Shown: positions 1-17,616, counted from the first letter of the stretch. The stretch: DNA of 45,919 nucleotides from Gemmatimonadota bacterium (GCA_046758745.1 JBHIAV010000019.1:1-45919), one strand, 5' to 3'. Notes: generated from the letters alone by a model not told the origin. Translations and numbers: made by a program.

Positions 1-52
1 GGAGGGAGGGCGAACCGTCGGCGCGGGCGTGGTCACCGACATCCTCGCCTGA
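1..52 (+). CDS. tuf: Elongation factor Tu, first copy (3' end only, truncated by window start)
   Basis: Encodes ..[16 protein letters not shown]; nucleotides 1-52 identical to 17133-17184 of the complete tuf; canonical position before rpmG-secE. Confidence 0.95.
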   Translation, partial: EGGRTVGAGVVTDILA

Positions 53-61
53 GGCGCCGAC

Positions 62-211
62 GTGCGAGAGCAGATCACGCTCGAGTGCACGGAGTGCCAC
101 GAGCGCAACTACACGATGATGAAGAACAAGCGGAAACATCCGGAACGGGTCGCATACAAGAAGTTTTGCGCTCGGTGCAACGCACACCGGATCCACAAAG
201 AGACACGCTGA
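62..211 (+). CDS. rpmG: 50S ribosomal protein bL33 (Zn-binding C+ form)
   Basis: Hand translation from GTG: MREQITLECTECHERNYTMMKNKRKHPERVAYKKFCARCNAHRIHKETR (49 aa, below ORF-track cutoff). Confidence 0.96.
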   Translation: MREQITLECTECHERNYTMMKNKRKHPERVAYKKFCARCNAHRIHKETR

Positions 212-225
212 AGCGCACGGCGGCG

Positions 226-286
226 CGCCGGTCCCGGGTTTCCGAGCGGAACTCTGGCTCTGCCGGCGGGCGGAGCGGGACCGGCG
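226..286 (+). other. Predicted three-way-junction RNA structure in rpmG-secE spacer
   Basis: 11-bp perfect stem 226-236/276-286 enclosing two small hairpins (240-251, 258-275). Confidence 0.5.
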
Positions 287-342
287 TTTCGGTGCAGGGC
301 CCTCCGGCGCCGCCACGCACCGGCGGGAGGCCGATTCGATAG

Positions 343-546
343 ATGGCCGGTTTGAGGGACGTTCAGAGGTTCGCCGAAGATGTTCAGGCCGAGATGAGGC
401 GCGTGACGTGGCCCGACTGGTCGCAGCTTCGGAATGCTACTGGCGTCATCCTCATCTTCGTGATCATCCTCGCCATCATCATCGGTACCATGGACTCTGT
501 CTTCAACTGGCTGGTGAGAGCGATCGTCAGGGTGTTCAGTGGCTGA
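343..546 (+). CDS. secE: Preprotein translocase subunit SecE (single-TM type)
   Basis: EMRRVTWP motif followed by one hydrophobic helix; synteny. Confidence 0.96.
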   Translation: MAGLRDVQRFAEDVQAEMRRVTWPDWSQLRNATGVILIFVIILAIIIGTMDSVFNWLVRAIVRVFSG

Positions 547-1108
547 GACGAGCGTGGGCGACCGGGAGGCCCGCTGGTACGCTCTCCAGACGTACTCCGG
601 GCACGAGAACAAGGTCAAGGCGCTCATCGAGCGCAAGATCTCGGAGTTCCCCGGCGAGACACCGGAGGACAAGCCGATCCGGGAGGTGGTGGTCCCCACC
701 CAGGAGGTGGTCGAGATCAAGGGAGGAAAGAAGGTCACCTCCACCAAGCGGCTGTACCCCGGCTACGTTCTCGTCAACATGACGCTGAACCAGGAGACCA
801 TGTTCCTGATCAACAGCGTGCAGGGCGTGATCAAGTTCGTCGGGAGCGGAACCGAGCCGCAGCCTCTGCGTCAGGAGGAGATAAACAAGATCCTCGGGAT
901 CGCGGATGAGCTCGAGGAGGCGGGACCGAAGGAGGAGATCCCCTTCCGGATCGGTCAGGTCGTGGAGGTCACGGAGGGTCCGTTCAGCGACTTCAGCGGC
1001 ACGGTCGAGGAAGTGTTCCCGGACAAGGGGAAGGTGCGGGTGCAGGTGAGCCTGTTCGGTCGCCCTACGAGCGTGGAGCTCGATTACATGCAGCTCAAGG
1101 GCTACTAG
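539..1108 (+). CDS. nusG: Transcription termination/antitermination factor NusG
   Basis: [22 protein letters not shown] ([18 protein letters not shown]); GTG start overlapping secE. Confidence 0.97.
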   Translation: MAETSVGDREARWYALQTYSGHENKVKALIERKISEFPGETPEDKPIREVVVPTQEVVEIKGGKKVTSTKRLYPGYVLVNMTLNQETMFLINSVQGVIKFVGSGTEPQPLRQEEINKILGIADELEEAGPKEEIPFRIGQVVEVTEGPFSDFSGTVEEVFPDKGKVRVQVSLFGRPTSVELDYMQLKGY

Positions 1109-1114
1109 TCGATC

Positions 1115-1546
1115 ATGGCGAAAAAGAAGACCATCAGCGCCCTCATCAAGCTCCAGATCCCCGCCGGCCAGGCCACGCCCGCCCCGCCGGTCGGGCCAGC
1201 GCTCGGACAGCACGGCGTCAACATCATGGAGTTCTGCAAGCAGTTCAACGCGCGCACGGCCGGGGAGGCGGGAATGATCATCCCGGTGGTTCTGACCGTG
1301 TACCAGGACCGAAGTTTCAGCTTCATCACGAAGACGCCGCCGGCCGCCGTGCTGTTGAGGAAGGAACTCGGTCTCGCGTCGGGGTCGGCGGAGCCGAACC
1401 GGACGAAGGTTGGAGCGGTCACTCGCGAGCAGCTCCGCAAGATCGCTCGCATCAAGATGCCCGACCTGAATACGAACGACGAGGATTCGGCCATCCGGAT
1501 GATCGCGGGCACCGCCCGCTCGATGGGCGTGGAGGTGGTCGACTGA
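1115..1546 (+). CDS. rplK: 50S ribosomal protein uL11
   Basis: [30 protein letters not shown]. Confidence 0.98.
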   Translation: MAKKKTISALIKLQIPAGQATPAPPVGPALGQHGVNIMEFCKQFNARTAGEAGMIIPVVLTVYQDRSFSFITKTPPAAVLLRKELGLASGSAEPNRTKVGAVTREQLRKIARIKMPDLNTNDEDSAIRMIAGTARSMGVEVVD

Positions 1547-2244
1547 TGGCCAGGCGGGGCTCGAAGTATCGGAAGGCGGCGGAGGCGCTCGGCGAGATCG
1601 CGCTCAGCGAGCCGAGGGCCGCGCTGCAGCGTGTGAAGGACGTCGCCTACGCGAAGTTCGACGAGACCGTCGACCTCGGAGTTCGGCTGGGGGTCGATCC
1701 GCGCCGCGCCGACCAGATCGTGCGGGGCACGGTGATCCTTCCGGCGGGCACGGGCCGGCCTGTTCGCGTCCTGGCGATTGTTCAGGGCGAGAAGGCGCGG
1801 GAGGCGGAGGAGGCCGGAGCCGACCACGTGGGAGTGGAGTACATCAAGAAGATCGAAGAGGGGTGGCTCGACTTCGACGTGGCCATCGCGACTCCGGACG
1901 TGATGAAGGACGTGGCCAAGCTGGGACGGGTGCTGGGCCCACGTGGACTCATGCCGACTCCGAAGGCGGGGACGGTGACCATGGAGGTCGGCAGGGCGGT
2001 GCGTGAGGCGAAGGCCGGGCGGATCGAGTTCCGGGTGGACAAGTCCGGGAACATCCACGCGCCGCTCGGGAAGGTGAGCTTCTCGATCGACGACCTGGAG
2101 CGGAACCTGTCGGCGGTCATGGATGCCGTGATCCGACACAAACCGGCGGCTGCCAAGGGGACGTACGTGAGAAGCGTGACGGTCAGCAGCACGATGGGCC
2201 CGGGCGTTCCGATCGACCCGAACCTGTACCGACGAGCTTCCTGA
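1546..2244 (+). CDS. rplA: 50S ribosomal protein uL1
   Basis: [22 protein letters not shown]. Confidence 0.98.
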   Translation: MARRGSKYRKAAEALGEIALSEPRAALQRVKDVAYAKFDETVDLGVRLGVDPRRADQIVRGTVILPAGTGRPVRVLAIVQGEKAREAEEAGADHVGVEYIKKIEEGWLDFDVAIATPDVMKDVAKLGRVLGPRGLMPTPKAGTVTMEVGRAVREAKAGRIEFRVDKSGNIHAPLGKVSFSIDDLERNLSAVMDAVIRHKPAAAKGTYVRSVTVSSTMGPGVPIDPNLYRRAS

Positions 2245-2289
2245 CCGGCCGCCGGCATCATCCGTCTCGAATCCGGAAAGATTACGGCG

Positions 2290-2814
2290 ATGCAACTCGA
2301 ACGGAAGAGGGCGATGGCGGAGAGCCTCGCGGCTCGGCTGAGTGAAGCCGGGACGATCTATCTCACGGACTTCACCGGGCTGAACGTGGACGCCATGAGC
2401 CGGCTGCGCGAGCGGCTCCGCGCGGAGGGTGCCGAGTACGTGGTAGCGAAGAATACCCTGACGAGGCGAGCCCTCGATGGCTTGGATCTGCCTGACCTCT
2501 CGGAGCACCTCAAGGGCCCGACGGGCCTGGTGATCGGCGTGGGCGACCCGATCGTGCCCGCGAAGGTGATCAAGGAGTTCGCGAGGGAGCACGACAACCG
2601 ACCCGTCGTCAAGGTGGGGGTGGTGGATCGGCGAGAGGTGTCGGCGGAGGCGGTGAGCCGGCTGGCCGATCTGCCTCCGCGCGATCAGCTGCTCGGCTTG
2701 ATCGCGGGCAACCTGGCCGCGCCGGTGGCCGGGATAGCGGGAGTCCTGGAGAGCCTGGTCCGCGATGTCGCGTACATGATCCACCAGGTGGCCACGAGCA
2801 ACGCGTCGTCCTGA
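2290..2814 (+). CDS. rplJ: 50S ribosomal protein uL10
   Basis: DFTGLNV, VAKNTL, LKGPT; synteny. Confidence 0.96.
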   Translation: MQLERKRAMAESLAARLSEAGTIYLTDFTGLNVDAMSRLRERLRAEGAEYVVAKNTLTRRALDGLDLPDLSEHLKGPTGLVIGVGDPIVPAKVIKEFAREHDNRPVVKVGVVDRREVSAEAVSRLADLPPRDQLLGLIAGNLAAPVAGIAGVLESLVRDVAYMIHQVATSNASS

Positions 2815-2875
2815 GGTCGTTCGAGTCCGTGCCGGGAGAACCGTCCACCCTTGCGATTGGGGAGCAATCAAGAAG

Positions 2876-3256
2876 ATGAGCAAAGTCGAGGAGCTGCTCG
2901 AAGCGATAAGCTCGCTCACCGTCCTGGAGGCGGCGGAGCTGAAGTCGATGATGGAGGAGAAGTTCGGCGTGTCGGCGGCCGCGCCGGTAGCGGTCATGCC
3001 GGGGGTGGCGGCGGGAGCCGGCGCCGGGCCGGTGGAGGAAGAGCAGAGCGAGTTCGACGTCGTCCTGGCCGGGATCGGCGACAAGAAGATCCAGGTCATC
3101 AAGGTGGTCCGCGAGGTGACCGCCCTCGGTCTCAAGGAAGCGAAGGACCTGGTGGATGGCGCGCCCAACACGGTCAAGGAGGGTGTGAGCAAGGAGGAGG
3201 CCGAGGCGATCAAAGCCAAGCTCGAAGAGCAGGGAGCCACCGTCGAGCTCAGATAG
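2876..3256 (+). CDS. rplL: 50S ribosomal protein bL12 (L7/L12)
   Basis: [11 protein letters not shown] hinge, [22 protein letters not shown]. Confidence 0.98.
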   Translation: MSKVEELLEAISSLTVLEAAELKSMMEEKFGVSAAAPVAVMPGVAAGAGAGPVEEEQSEFDVVLAGIGDKKIQVIKVVREVTALGLKEAKDLVDGAPNTVKEGVSKEEAEAIKAKLEEQGATVELR

Positions 3257-3523
3257 CGGCGAGCCAGGGCGCCCGGCCGGACCGCGCGTTTCGTGCGACT
3301 CCCGTTCACCTGGACGCTCGGCTGGCTGCGATGCATGGAACTCGATACCACGACGACCCGTCCACCTCCTGCCCTCGAGCGGTCCGCGGTCGGACCGCAG
3401 GCCGGAGCCCCGAGGGCGTTGGTCCGCGCTCGGATCGGTCGGCGGCGGAGTGCAGGGCATCGGCCCCGCGTTCCCCGTGCCGGCCGATGCGCGTCCCGTG
3501 TCTCTCCAACCAGTCAGGAGTGA

Positions 3524-6500
3524 GTGACGTTGGCTAAAGCGAACCAGGACAGTTCGGTCGTCTCCTTTGCCAAGCTCGAAACGCCGATGCCTTTGCCGCA
3601 CTTCCTCGACGTGCAGCTGCAGGCCTTCGACCGCCTACTGAGCATGGACGGCGACATCGAGGAGCAACCCGACGTGGGGTTGCGCCGCGTGTTCAACGAG
3701 ATATTCCCGATAACCGACGTCAACGAGAACTTCTCGTTGGAGTTCGTGGACTACTCGCTCGGCGAGCCGAAGTACTCCGTCGAGGAGTGCATAGAGCGCG
3801 ACATGACCTACGCATCGCCGCTGAAGGCGACGCTCAGGCTGGTCGTGTACGAGAGAGTCGGCGAGGATGGGGAGAAGCGCCCGGCCGACATTCTCGAAAA
3901 GGAAGTGTACCTCGGCGACCTGCCGCTGCTCACCGACCACGGCACCTTCGTGATCAACGGCGCCGAGCGCGTCGTCGTTAGCCAGCTCCATCGCTCACCC
4001 GGTGTGGTGTTCGAGGAGACGATCCATCCGAACGGGACTCGCCTCTTCTCGGCGAGGATCATTCCGTTTCGTGGCTCGTGGGTCGAGTTCACGCTCGACA
4101 TCCATGACGTCATCCACGTCCACATCGACAAGAAGAAGAAATTCCCGGCTACGGCCCTGTTGCGCGCGTTCGGATACGGCACGAACGCCGACATCCTGGA
4201 CCTGTTCTACGAAACGCGCACGGTCAGGATCGGCGAGATCTCGGAGGACCGAACGGCGAGAAGAGAGGTGATCGGTACCCTGCTCGCCGAGTCGGTGATC
4301 GACAGGGAAGGAAAGCCTGCGAGGCCCTCTCAGCTCGAGCTCGAGGGCTACGACCCGGCGGAAGCGGATGCCGTGTGGCTCGGCGAGGATGTGTGGCACC
4401 CCGAGACGGAAGAGTACCTGGCCGGCATCGGGGACCGTCTCGACGATACGCTGTGGCGAAGGTTCATCGAGGCCGGCATTGAGAAGGTGAAGGTCTACGA
4501 GACGGCGGAGGCCTTCCTGGCCCTCCGCGGGGAGGAGCTCACCGATGATCTGGTGGGACGGCTGAAGCGGGCGGGCGTCGAGGAGATCGAGGTGTACTCG
4601 AGCGCCGCCTTCATCCCGCTCCGCGGATCCTACCAGGACCTCGCGATGCGCCGGGATTGGAGCCAGAACCCGACGCTGGCGGCGGACGTGGTCGATCCCC
4701 ACACCGGCGAGGTGCTGGCCGAGAAGGGCGACCCCTTCGATGCGGAGCTTTTCGCCGAGCTCAAGGCGGAGAAGGTGCGGGACGCCCTCGTCTTCACGGG
4801 TGGTCCGCGTGGAGAGTCACCCCTGATCAAGAACACCCTGGCCAAGGACCCGACCCACGGCGAGGCGGACGCTCTACACTCGATCTATTCCCTCGTGCGC
4901 CCCGGTGAGGCACCGAACCTGGAGACAGCGCGCGCGGCGCTCGACCGCCTCTTCTTCAATCCCAAGCGCTACGACCTGGGTCGGGTGGGCCGGCACAAGG
5001 TCAACCAGCGACTTCGGGAGGTATATCGACTGCTCGACTTCGATCTTCCGCCCGCAAGCATGACCGTTCTCGCCCCATCGGACTTCGTGGCGATCGTGCG
5101 CTACCTGATCGAGCTGAACGAGGGACGCGGTTACACGGACGACATCGACCACCTCGGCAATCGCCGCGTGCGCTCCATAGGGGAGCTGATCGCCAACCAG
5201 TTCTCGGTCGGCCTCTCCCGGATGGCCCGGCTGGTGCGGGAGCGGATGTCGATCAACAGCGACCCGGAGAAGATGTCGATCGATGACCTGGTCAACGCGC
5301 GCACGGTGAGCGCGGTGATCCAGGCCTTCTTCGGCAGCTCGCAGCTCAGCCAATTCATGGATCAGACGAACCCCCTGGCCGAGCTGACGCACAAGCGGCG
5401 TCTGAGCGCGCTGGGCCCCGGCGGCCTCAGCCGCGAGCGGGCCGGCTTCGAGGTGCGCGACGTCCATTATTCGCACTACGGTCGCATGTGTCCGATCGAG
5501 ACGCCGGAGGGTCCCAACATCGGGCTCATCACCTCGATGACCACGCACTCGAGGCTCAACGAGCTCGGCTTCCTCGAGACGCCGTACCGGCGGGTGGTCG
5601 ACGGAACGGTCACCGACGAGATCGTGTGGCTCTCGGCGAGCGAGGAGGAGGACTTCGCGGTGGCGCAGGCCAACGCGGCGCTGAATCCCGACGGGAGCTT
5701 CAAGCGTGACCTCGTCCTTTGCCGCCGCCGGGACGACTACCCGCTGCTCCCGTCGGACGAGATCGACTTCATGGACGTGGCCCCTGACCAGCTGGTGGCC
5801 GTGTCGCCGGCGCTCATCCCCTTCCTCGAGCACGACGACGCGAATCGCGCGCTCATGGGCTCGAACATGCAGCGGCAGGCCGTGCCCCTACTCTTTCCCG
5901 AGGCCCCGCTCACCGGCACCGGGCTGGAAGAGAAGGTGGCCCGCGACTCCGGGGCGGTGGTGCTGGCTCGGCGCGCGGGCAGAGTAACGCGGGTCACGGC
6001 GGACGAGGTCGTTATTGACAGCGGGGTGCCGAGGGGGCGGAAGGCGGACCTGCCGCTCGCGCGACTCTCGCAATACGACCGCTACCGCCTGAAGAAGTTC
6101 TGGCGCACGAACCAGGATACGGCGATCAATCAGCGGCCGATCGTCGAAGTGGGGCAGAAGGTGGCCGCCGGCGAAGTGATCGCGGACGGCGCGGCGACGG
6201 ACCGTGGCGCGCTGGCGCTCGGCCGGAACGTCACCGTGGCCTTCATGCCCTGGTACGGCTACAACTTCGAGGACGCCATCGTGATCAGCGAGAAGCTGGT
6301 CAAGAACGATGCGTTCACCTCGGTCCACATCCAGGAACTCGAGCTCCACGTTCGTGACACGAAGCGGGGCACCGAGGAGATCACCCGTGAGATCCCGAAC
6401 GTGGCGGAGGAAGCCCTCGTCGATCTCGACGAGCGCGGGATCGTGCGGATCGGAGCGGCGGTGAAGACGGGCGACATCCTCGTCGGCAAGATCACCCCGA

Positions 6501-8167
6501 AGGGGGAGACCGAGCTCTCGCCCGAGGAGAAGCTGCTCACGGCGATTTTCGGGGAGAAGGCGAAGGATGTGAAGGATAGCTCGCTCCGGGTCCCGCCGGG
6601 TGTGGCCGGCACGGTGATCGACGTGAAGATCTTCTCGCGCCGCATCGATGACCCGCTTCTCGAGCGGGAACACGGGGAGCGAATCGGCCGCCTGCGCGAC
6701 ACGGAGCGGGAGGAGATTACCCGGGTCACCGAGGCGCGGGACGAGGAGCTACGGGACATCCTGGCCCGACAGACGGTGGCGCTGTTCCTCAAGCGCGGCA
6801 CCATCGAGCCGTACTATAAGGAGGGGACGCGCCTTTCCGCTTCGACCCTGGAGACGATCGACTTCGGCGAAGTCGATCTCTCGACTCTGAAGGTGAAGAA
6901 CGAGGCGGCCAGCCAGAAGGCGCGCCGCGTCATCGAGGAGTCGAAGAAGCGAATCGAACGCATCCGCGAGCGCACCGAGGAGGGGATCGACAAGGTCTTC
7001 CAGGCCGACGAGCTGTCGCCGGGCGTGGTCCAGCTCGTCAAGGTCTATCTGGCCGAGAAGCGAAAGATATCGGTGGGTGACAAGATGGCGGGTCGCCATG
7101 GGAACAAGGGCATCATCGCCCGGGTCGTGCCGGAGGAGGACATGCCCTTTCTGCCCGACGGCACCCCCGTCGATATCGTGCTCAATCCGCTCGGCGTGCC
7201 GAGCCGGATGAACGTCGGCCAGATCCTCGAGACTCACATGGGCTGGGCGGCGCGCATCCTTGGATTCCGCGGCCACACCCCGGTGTTCCAGGGGGCGTCG
7301 GAGCACGAGATCGGTGCGCTTCTGAAGATCGCCGGGGCGCTCTGGGCCGGACATACGCTGGCCCCCGAGGTTGATCTCCCCGTCATCGAACCGAGCCAGG
7401 TGCAGGGGCTCGCCCGGGCCATCCAGGAATACGATGGGCCGGCGCCGACCCTGCGAAACGGGCGTCCGGTCGGTCTGGGACGCAGCATCGACGCCTACCT
7501 CGAATCCCCCACGCGGGGTGACAGGGAGGCGAAGGAGATGCTGGAGGCGGTCGCACGCTACGTCATCGAGGTGGCCCGCGACGTCTCGGGAGCCTCCACG
7601 TCGGCCAAGCTGGCGGAGGAAGGTTGGCCTGCCGTGGCGGCCCTGGTGGGCCAGCGGCGTATCACCCACGGGCTCGATGCAGCGCTCGTCGAGCTCATGT
7701 TGAAGGTCGGGCTGAGGCCGGGAGGCAAGATGCGCCTTCGGGACGGCCGCACCGGAGAGGAGTTCGACGCCGACGTCGCGGTGGGCGAGATCTACATGAT
7801 GAAGCTCTCGCACCTCGTCGATGACAAGATCCACGCACGCTCGATCGGGCCTTACAGCCTGGTTACGCAGCAGCCGCTCGCCGGGAAGGCGCAGTTCGGC
7901 GGCCAGCGCTTCGGAGAGATGGAGGTGTGGGCGCTGGAGGCGTACGGCGCTGCCCACACGCTCCAGGAGATGCTGACCGTCAAGTCGGACGACGTGACGG
8001 GAAGGAGCCGGGCCTACGAGGCGATCGTCAAGGGCGAGAACCTCCCCAAGCCGGGCGTGCCCGAGAGCTTCAACGTGCTGGTCAAGGAGCTTCAGGCTCT
8101 CGGACTCAGCGTTTCGCTGGGGAGCGACGATGAGGAAGGCATCTTCGTGACACGCGATCGGTTGTGA
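3524..8167 (+). CDS. rpoB: DNA-directed RNA polymerase beta subunit
   Basis: [56 protein letters not shown]; true start may be TTG at 3530 (SD AGGAG at 3516-3520). Confidence 0.98.
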   Translation: MTLAKANQDSSVVSFAKLETPMPLPHFLDVQLQAFDRLLSMDGDIEEQPDVGLRRVFNEIFPITDVNENFSLEFVDYSLGEPKYSVEECIERDMTYASPLKATLRLVVYERVGEDGEKRPADILEKEVYLGDLPLLTDHGTFVINGAERVVVSQLHRSPGVVFEETIHPNGTRLFSARIIPFRGSWVEFTLDIHDVIHVHIDKKKKFPATALLRAFGYGTNADILDLFYETRTVRIGEISEDRTARREVIGTLLAESVIDREGKPARPSQLELEGYDPAEADAVWLGEDVWHPETEEYLAGIGDRLDDTLWRRFIEAGIEKVKVYETAEAFLALRGEELTDDLVGRLKRAGVEEIEVYSSAAFIPLRGSYQDLAMRRDWSQNPTLAADVVDPHTGEVLAEKGDPFDAELFAELKAEKVRDALVFTGGPRGESPLIKNTLAKDPTHGEADALHSIYSLVRPGEAPNLETARAALDRLFFNPKRYDLGRVGRHKVNQRLREVYRLLDFDLPPASMTVLAPSDFVAIVRYLIELNEGRGYTDDIDHLGNRRVRSIGELIANQFSVGLSRMARLVRERMSINSDPEKMSIDDLVNARTVSAVIQAFFGSSQLSQFMDQTNPLAELTHKRRLSALGPGGLSRERAGFEVRDVHYSHYGRMCPIETPEGPNIGLITSMTTHSRLNELGFLETPYRRVVDGTVTDEIVWLSASEEEDFAVAQANAALNPDGSFKRDLVLCRRRDDYPLLPSDEIDFMDVAPDQLVAVSPALIPFLEHDDANRALMGSNMQRQAVPLLFPEAPLTGTGLEEKVARDSGAVVLARRAGRVTRVTADEVVIDSGVPRGRKADLPLARLSQYDRYRLKKFWRTNQDTAINQRPIVEVGQKVAAGEVIADGAATDRGALALGRNVTVAFMPWYGYNFEDAIVISEKLVKNDAFTSVHIQELELHVRDTKRGTEEITREIPNVAEEALVDLDERGIVRIGAAVKTGDILVGKITPKGETELSPEEKLLTAIFGEKAKDVKDSSLRVPPGVAGTVIDVKIFSRRIDDPLLEREHGERIGRLRDTEREEITRVTEARDEELRDILARQTVALFLKRGTIEPYYKEGTRLSASTLETIDFGEVDLSTLKVKNEAASQKARRVIEESKKRIERIRERTEEGIDKVFQADELSPGVVQLVKVYLAEKRKISVGDKMAGRHGNKGIIARVVPEEDMPFLPDGTPVDIVLNPLGVPSRMNVGQILETHMGWAARILGFRGHTPVFQGASEHEIGALLKIAGALWAGHTLAPEVDLPVIEPSQVQGLARAIQEYDGPAPTLRNGRPVGLGRSIDAYLESPTRGDREAKEMLEAVARYVIEVARDVSGASTSAKLAEEGWPAVAALVGQRRITHGLDAALVELMLKVGLRPGGKMRLRDGRTGEEFDADVAVGEIYMMKLSHLVDDKIHARSIGPYSLVTQQPLAGKAQFGGQRFGEMEVWALEAYGAAHTLQEMLTVKSDDVTGRSRAYEAIVKGENLPKPGVPESFNVLVKELQALGLSVSLGSDDEEGIFVTRDRL

Positions 8168-8234
8168 GAGGTGCGGGCTGGATCGTGATAGGGGTACGGC
8201 TGACGGTTTCCAGGAAATACAGAGGTCAATCAGG

Positions 8235-12479
<4,245 letters not shown>

Positions 12480-12516
12480 CCTCCGTCCGGACACGGCGGT
12501 CTCCCGGGCGCGTTTC

Positions 12517-12545
12517 TTGACATTGCGCGGATGATGCTCTAGTTT
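12517..12545 (+). promoter_or_regulatory. sigma70-type promoter for the str operon
   Basis: TTGACA (12517-12522), 17-bp spacer, TAGTTT (12540-12545). Confidence 0.75.
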
Positions 12546-12579
12546 TAGTGGCTGTCGACTAATCAGTCGGCGCACCCGA

Positions 12580-12614
12580 GAGGGGGCGAGACGTTGGCGT
12601 CCCCTCGATTTTTT
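12580..12614 (+). terminator. Intrinsic terminator/attenuator-like hairpin in the rpsL leader
   Basis: GAGGGGGCG / CGTCCCCTC 9-bp stem (one G-U) followed by GATTTTTT. Confidence 0.55.
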
Positions 12615-12687
12615 CCTAGCAGCCGGCCTTGTGGCGCTCGCCGCTCGGAACCGGACTCCCGCGATTCCGTGAGGGAACGGGCAAGGG

Positions 12688-13059
12688 ATGCCTACTATCA
12701 ATCAGCTGGTCCGAAGCAGCCGCCGGAAGGTGGAGAAAAAACGGAAGGCGCCAGCCTTGGAGGCAAATCCGCAGAAGCGGGGGGTGTGCACGCGCGTGTA
12801 CACCACAACGCCCAAGAAGCCGAACTCCGCGCTGCGGAAGGTCGCGCGTGTGCGCCTGACAAACGGTTACGAGGTGACCGCCTACATCCCAGGGGAGGGG
12901 CACAACCTGCAGGAGCACAGTATCGTGCTGATCCGCGGGGGAAGGGTGAAGGATCTGCCCGGCGTGAGATACCACATCATCCGTGGCACGCTGGACGCCT
13001 CCGGCGTCCTGGACCGCCGGCAGGGGCGGTCGAAGTACGGATCGAAGCGACAGGCATAG
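12688..13059 (+). CDS. rpsL: 30S ribosomal protein uS12
   Basis: [30 protein letters not shown]. Confidence 0.99.
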   Translation: MPTINQLVRSSRRKVEKKRKAPALEANPQKRGVCTRVYTTTPKKPNSALRKVARVRLTNGYEVTAYIPGEGHNLQEHSIVLIRGGRVKDLPGVRYHIIRGTLDASGVLDRRQGRSKYGSKRQA

Positions 13060-13180
13060 AGGCCTCCTGAAGAGAGCTTAGAGGGGGCTCGCCGCGCCTG
13101 GAAGGCCGGTTTCCTGGCGCGCGCCGACCGAGGTCGCGTCTTACGCCCGGCCGTAGGTGTCCGGCCGGGCTGTCTGTTGA

Positions 13181-13663
<483 letters not shown>

Positions 13664-13822
13664 GTCGGGCGAGTGAGAGTGGAGACCACGTCCTCCTCGC
13701 GCCCTTGCGGACGCTGACGCGTCGGACGGCCGCTCCGGGGACTTCGCCCCGCGCGGGGCACCCGATGCCGGCGGCGCGGGCGAACGTTACGAGGAAGGCA
13801 ACTCACAGCATACGACAGATAG

Positions 13823-15922
13823 ATGGCACGACGTACACCGCTCGAGAAGCTCCGCAACATCGGCATCATGGCCCACATCGATGCCGGTAAGACGACGACG
13901 ACCGAGCGCATCCTGTACTACACGGGACGGGTGCATCGGATGGGGGAAGTGCATCATGGTGACGCCACGATGGATTGGATGGAGCAGGAGCAGGAGCGGG
14001 GGATCACCATTACTTCCGCCGCGACCACCTGCTTCTGGAACCGCAACGACGAGCAGTTCCGGATCAACATCATCGACACCCCCGGTCACGTCGACTTCAC
14101 TGTAGAGGTGGAGCGTAGCCTCCGCGTGCTGGACGGCGCAGTGGCGCTTTTCTGCGGCGTCGGCGGCGTGGAGCCGCAGTCAGAGACGGTGTGGAGACAG
14201 GCCGACCGCTATCGGGTCCCCCGCATCGCGTTCGTGAACAAGATGGACCGGGTCGGAGCGGACTTCGACAATGTGGTGGCGATGATGAGGGAACGGCTCG
14301 GGGCCAATCCGTTCCCCGTACAGTACCCGCTGGGCGAGGGCGAGCTCTTCACGGGCATCGTGGACATCATCCGCCAGATCGAGGTCGTGTACGACGAGGA
14401 TTCCCTCGGGGTCGAGTGGACCGAGAGCCGCGTTCCCGATGCTCTGAAGGAGAAGAGCGAGCAGCTACGACACGATCTCATCGAGGCGGCGGTCGAGCAC
14501 GACGAAGAGCTGCTCGAGAAGTACCTCGAAGGCGTCGAGCTGACCGAGGAGGAGGTGCGACGGGCCGTTCGTCGGGCCACGATCGCGGGGGCGATCACCC
14601 CGGTTCTGTGTGGCAGCGCGTTCAAGAACAAGGGAGTCCAACGGCTGCTCGATGCGGTCGTCGACTTCCTGCCCTCTCCGCTCGATGTGCCCCCGGTGAA
14701 GGGCCACCGCCCGAACCGGGACGAGGAAACGGTCACGCGGAAACCGGTCGACGATGAGCCGTTCTCCGCTCTCGTCTTCAAGATCGCCACGGACCCGTAC
14801 GTCGGTCGGCTCACGTACATCCGGGTATACTCGGGGTCTCTGGCCGCCGGATCCTATGTTCTGAACGCCACCCAGGACAGGAAAGAACGGATCTCGCGGC
14901 TTCTCCAGATGCACGCGAACAAGCGGGAGGAACGCGAGGACGTGTTCGCCGGCGACATCGCGGCCGCGATCGGGCTCAAGCACAGCAAGACCGGCGACAC
15001 ACTGTGCGATGTCAAATACCCCGTCGTGCTGGAGTCGATGAGCTTCCCCGAGCCCGTCATTCGGGTCGCCATCGAGCCGAAGACCAAAGCGGACCAGGAC
15101 AAGCTTGCCGAGGCGCTGCAGAAGCTCGCGGAAGAGGACCCGACCTTCCGGGTCCACACGGATGAAGAGACGGGTCAGACGATCATCAGCGGGATGGGCG
15201 AGCTGCACCTCGAGATCATCGTCGACCGGCTCCAGCGCGAGTTCAAGGTGAACGCCAACGTAGGACGGCCGCAGGTCGCGTACCGGGAGACGATTCGCCT
15301 ACCGGTCAGCAACGTCGAGGGGAGATTCGTTCGCCAGACAGGCGGGCGCGGCCAGTATGGCCACGTCATCATCAATCTGGAGCCGTCCGCGCCGGGCAGC
15401 GGCTTCGTGTTCGAGGATCGCATCGTCGGCGGTGCGATCCCGCGCGAGTACATCAACCCGGTGCAGCAGGGGATTCGCGAGGCCATGGAGTCGGGGGTCA
15501 TCGCCGGGTATCCCCTGATCGATATCAAGGCGACGCTCGTCGATGGCTCGTACCACGATGTCGACTCGAGCGAGATGGCCTTCAAGATCGCCGGCTCGAT
15601 AGCCCTCAAGGAAGGGGCCCGCCAGGCCCAGCCGGTTCTCCTCGAGCCGATCATGGACGTGGAGGTGGTGACGCCCGAGGAGTACCTGGGCGACGTCATG
15701 GGCGACCTCTCCGGCCGGCGGGGCAAGATCGGCGGCATGATCCAGCGCGCTTCCGCCCAGGTGATCGGAGCCTCCGTGCCGCTCTCCGAGATGTTCGGGT
15801 ACTCGACGGTGTTGCGCTCCCTGAGCCAGGGGCGAGCCGTGTACACGATGCAGTTCTCCCACTATGACGAGGTGCCGCGCGCGAAGGCGGACGAGATCGT
15901 CTCGCGAGTGGGGGACAGCTAG
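13823..15922 (+). CDS. fusA: Elongation factor G
   Basis: [34 protein letters not shown]. Confidence 0.99.
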   Translation: MARRTPLEKLRNIGIMAHIDAGKTTTTERILYYTGRVHRMGEVHHGDATMDWMEQEQERGITITSAATTCFWNRNDEQFRINIIDTPGHVDFTVEVERSLRVLDGAVALFCGVGGVEPQSETVWRQADRYRVPRIAFVNKMDRVGADFDNVVAMMRERLGANPFPVQYPLGEGELFTGIVDIIRQIEVVYDEDSLGVEWTESRVPDALKEKSEQLRHDLIEAAVEHDEELLEKYLEGVELTEEEVRRAVRRATIAGAITPVLCGSAFKNKGVQRLLDAVVDFLPSPLDVPPVKGHRPNRDEETVTRKPVDDEPFSALVFKIATDPYVGRLTYIRVYSGSLAAGSYVLNATQDRKERISRLLQMHANKREEREDVFAGDIAAAIGLKHSKTGDTLCDVKYPVVLESMSFPEPVIRVAIEPKTKADQDKLAEALQKLAEEDPTFRVHTDEETGQTIISGMGELHLEIIVDRLQREFKVNANVGRPQVAYRETIRLPVSNVEGRFVRQTGGRGQYGHVIINLEPSAPGSGFVFEDRIVGGAIPREYINPVQQGIREAMESGVIAGYPLIDIKATLVDGSYHDVDSSEMAFKIAGSIALKEGARQAQPVLLEPIMDVEVVTPEEYLGDVMGDLSGRRGKIGGMIQRASAQVIGASVPLSEMFGYSTVLRSLSQGRAVYTMQFSHYDEVPRAKADEIVSRVGDS

Positions 15923-15990
15923 CCGCCGACGCGAAAGCGGCCGGACGAGAGCCGGCATATTCGCGCGCCATGACCAGGAGCAAGTGAGGG

Positions 15991-17184
<1,194 letters not shown>

Positions 17185-17234
17185 GGCACGGCCGACCGGC
17201 ACCACGACGACACCACGAGCGAGAGCACGAGAGG

Positions 17235-17543
17235 ATGGCAGAGAAGATCCGGATCCGGCTCAAGGCGTTCGATTCCGCCGTGATCGATCAGACGGCGGCC
17301 GACATCGTTCGCACGGCGCAGAAGACCGGCGCTTCGGTGAGCGGCCCGATCCCGTTGCCGACTCGTCGGCAGCTGTTCACCGTCCTCCGCAGCCCGCACA
17401 AAGACAAGAAGTCGCGGGAGCAGTTCGAGCTGAAGACGCACAAGCGGCTGATCGACATCTACGACACGAGGCCCCAGACGATCGATGCACTGACGAAGCT
17501 GGACTTGGCGGCCGGGGTGGATGTGGAGATCAAGGTACAGTGA
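17235..17543 (+). CDS. rpsJ: 30S ribosomal protein uS10
   Basis: [22 protein letters not shown]. Confidence 0.98.
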   Translation: MAEKIRIRLKAFDSAVIDQTAADIVRTAQKTGASVSGPIPLPTRRQLFTVLRSPHKDKKSREQFELKTHKRLIDIYDTRPQTIDALTKLDLAAGVDVEIKVQ

Positions 17544-17616
17544 ACGCCTGCGTTCGAGCTTCGGGCCGTCGGGCCGGCGGGATGGAGCAGCGGTACTCAG
17601 GAGAGGCTGGAAGGCG

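Noticed and set aside
85-342. 85-aa plus-strand ORF in the ORF track
   Set aside because: Overlaps the real rpmG in another frame; no family features
5325-5425. Possible rifampicin-resistance substitutions in the RpoB RRDR
   Set aside because: [25 protein letters not shown] keeps the sensitive-type Q, D, H and S residues
12688-13059. Possible streptomycin-resistance alleles in rpsL
   Set aside because: PKKPNS and RVKDLPG are wild type
17200-17234. Short CACCACGA direct repeat upstream of rpsJ
   Set aside because: Only two 8-nt units in an A/C-rich spacer; not CRISPR-like and plausible by chance
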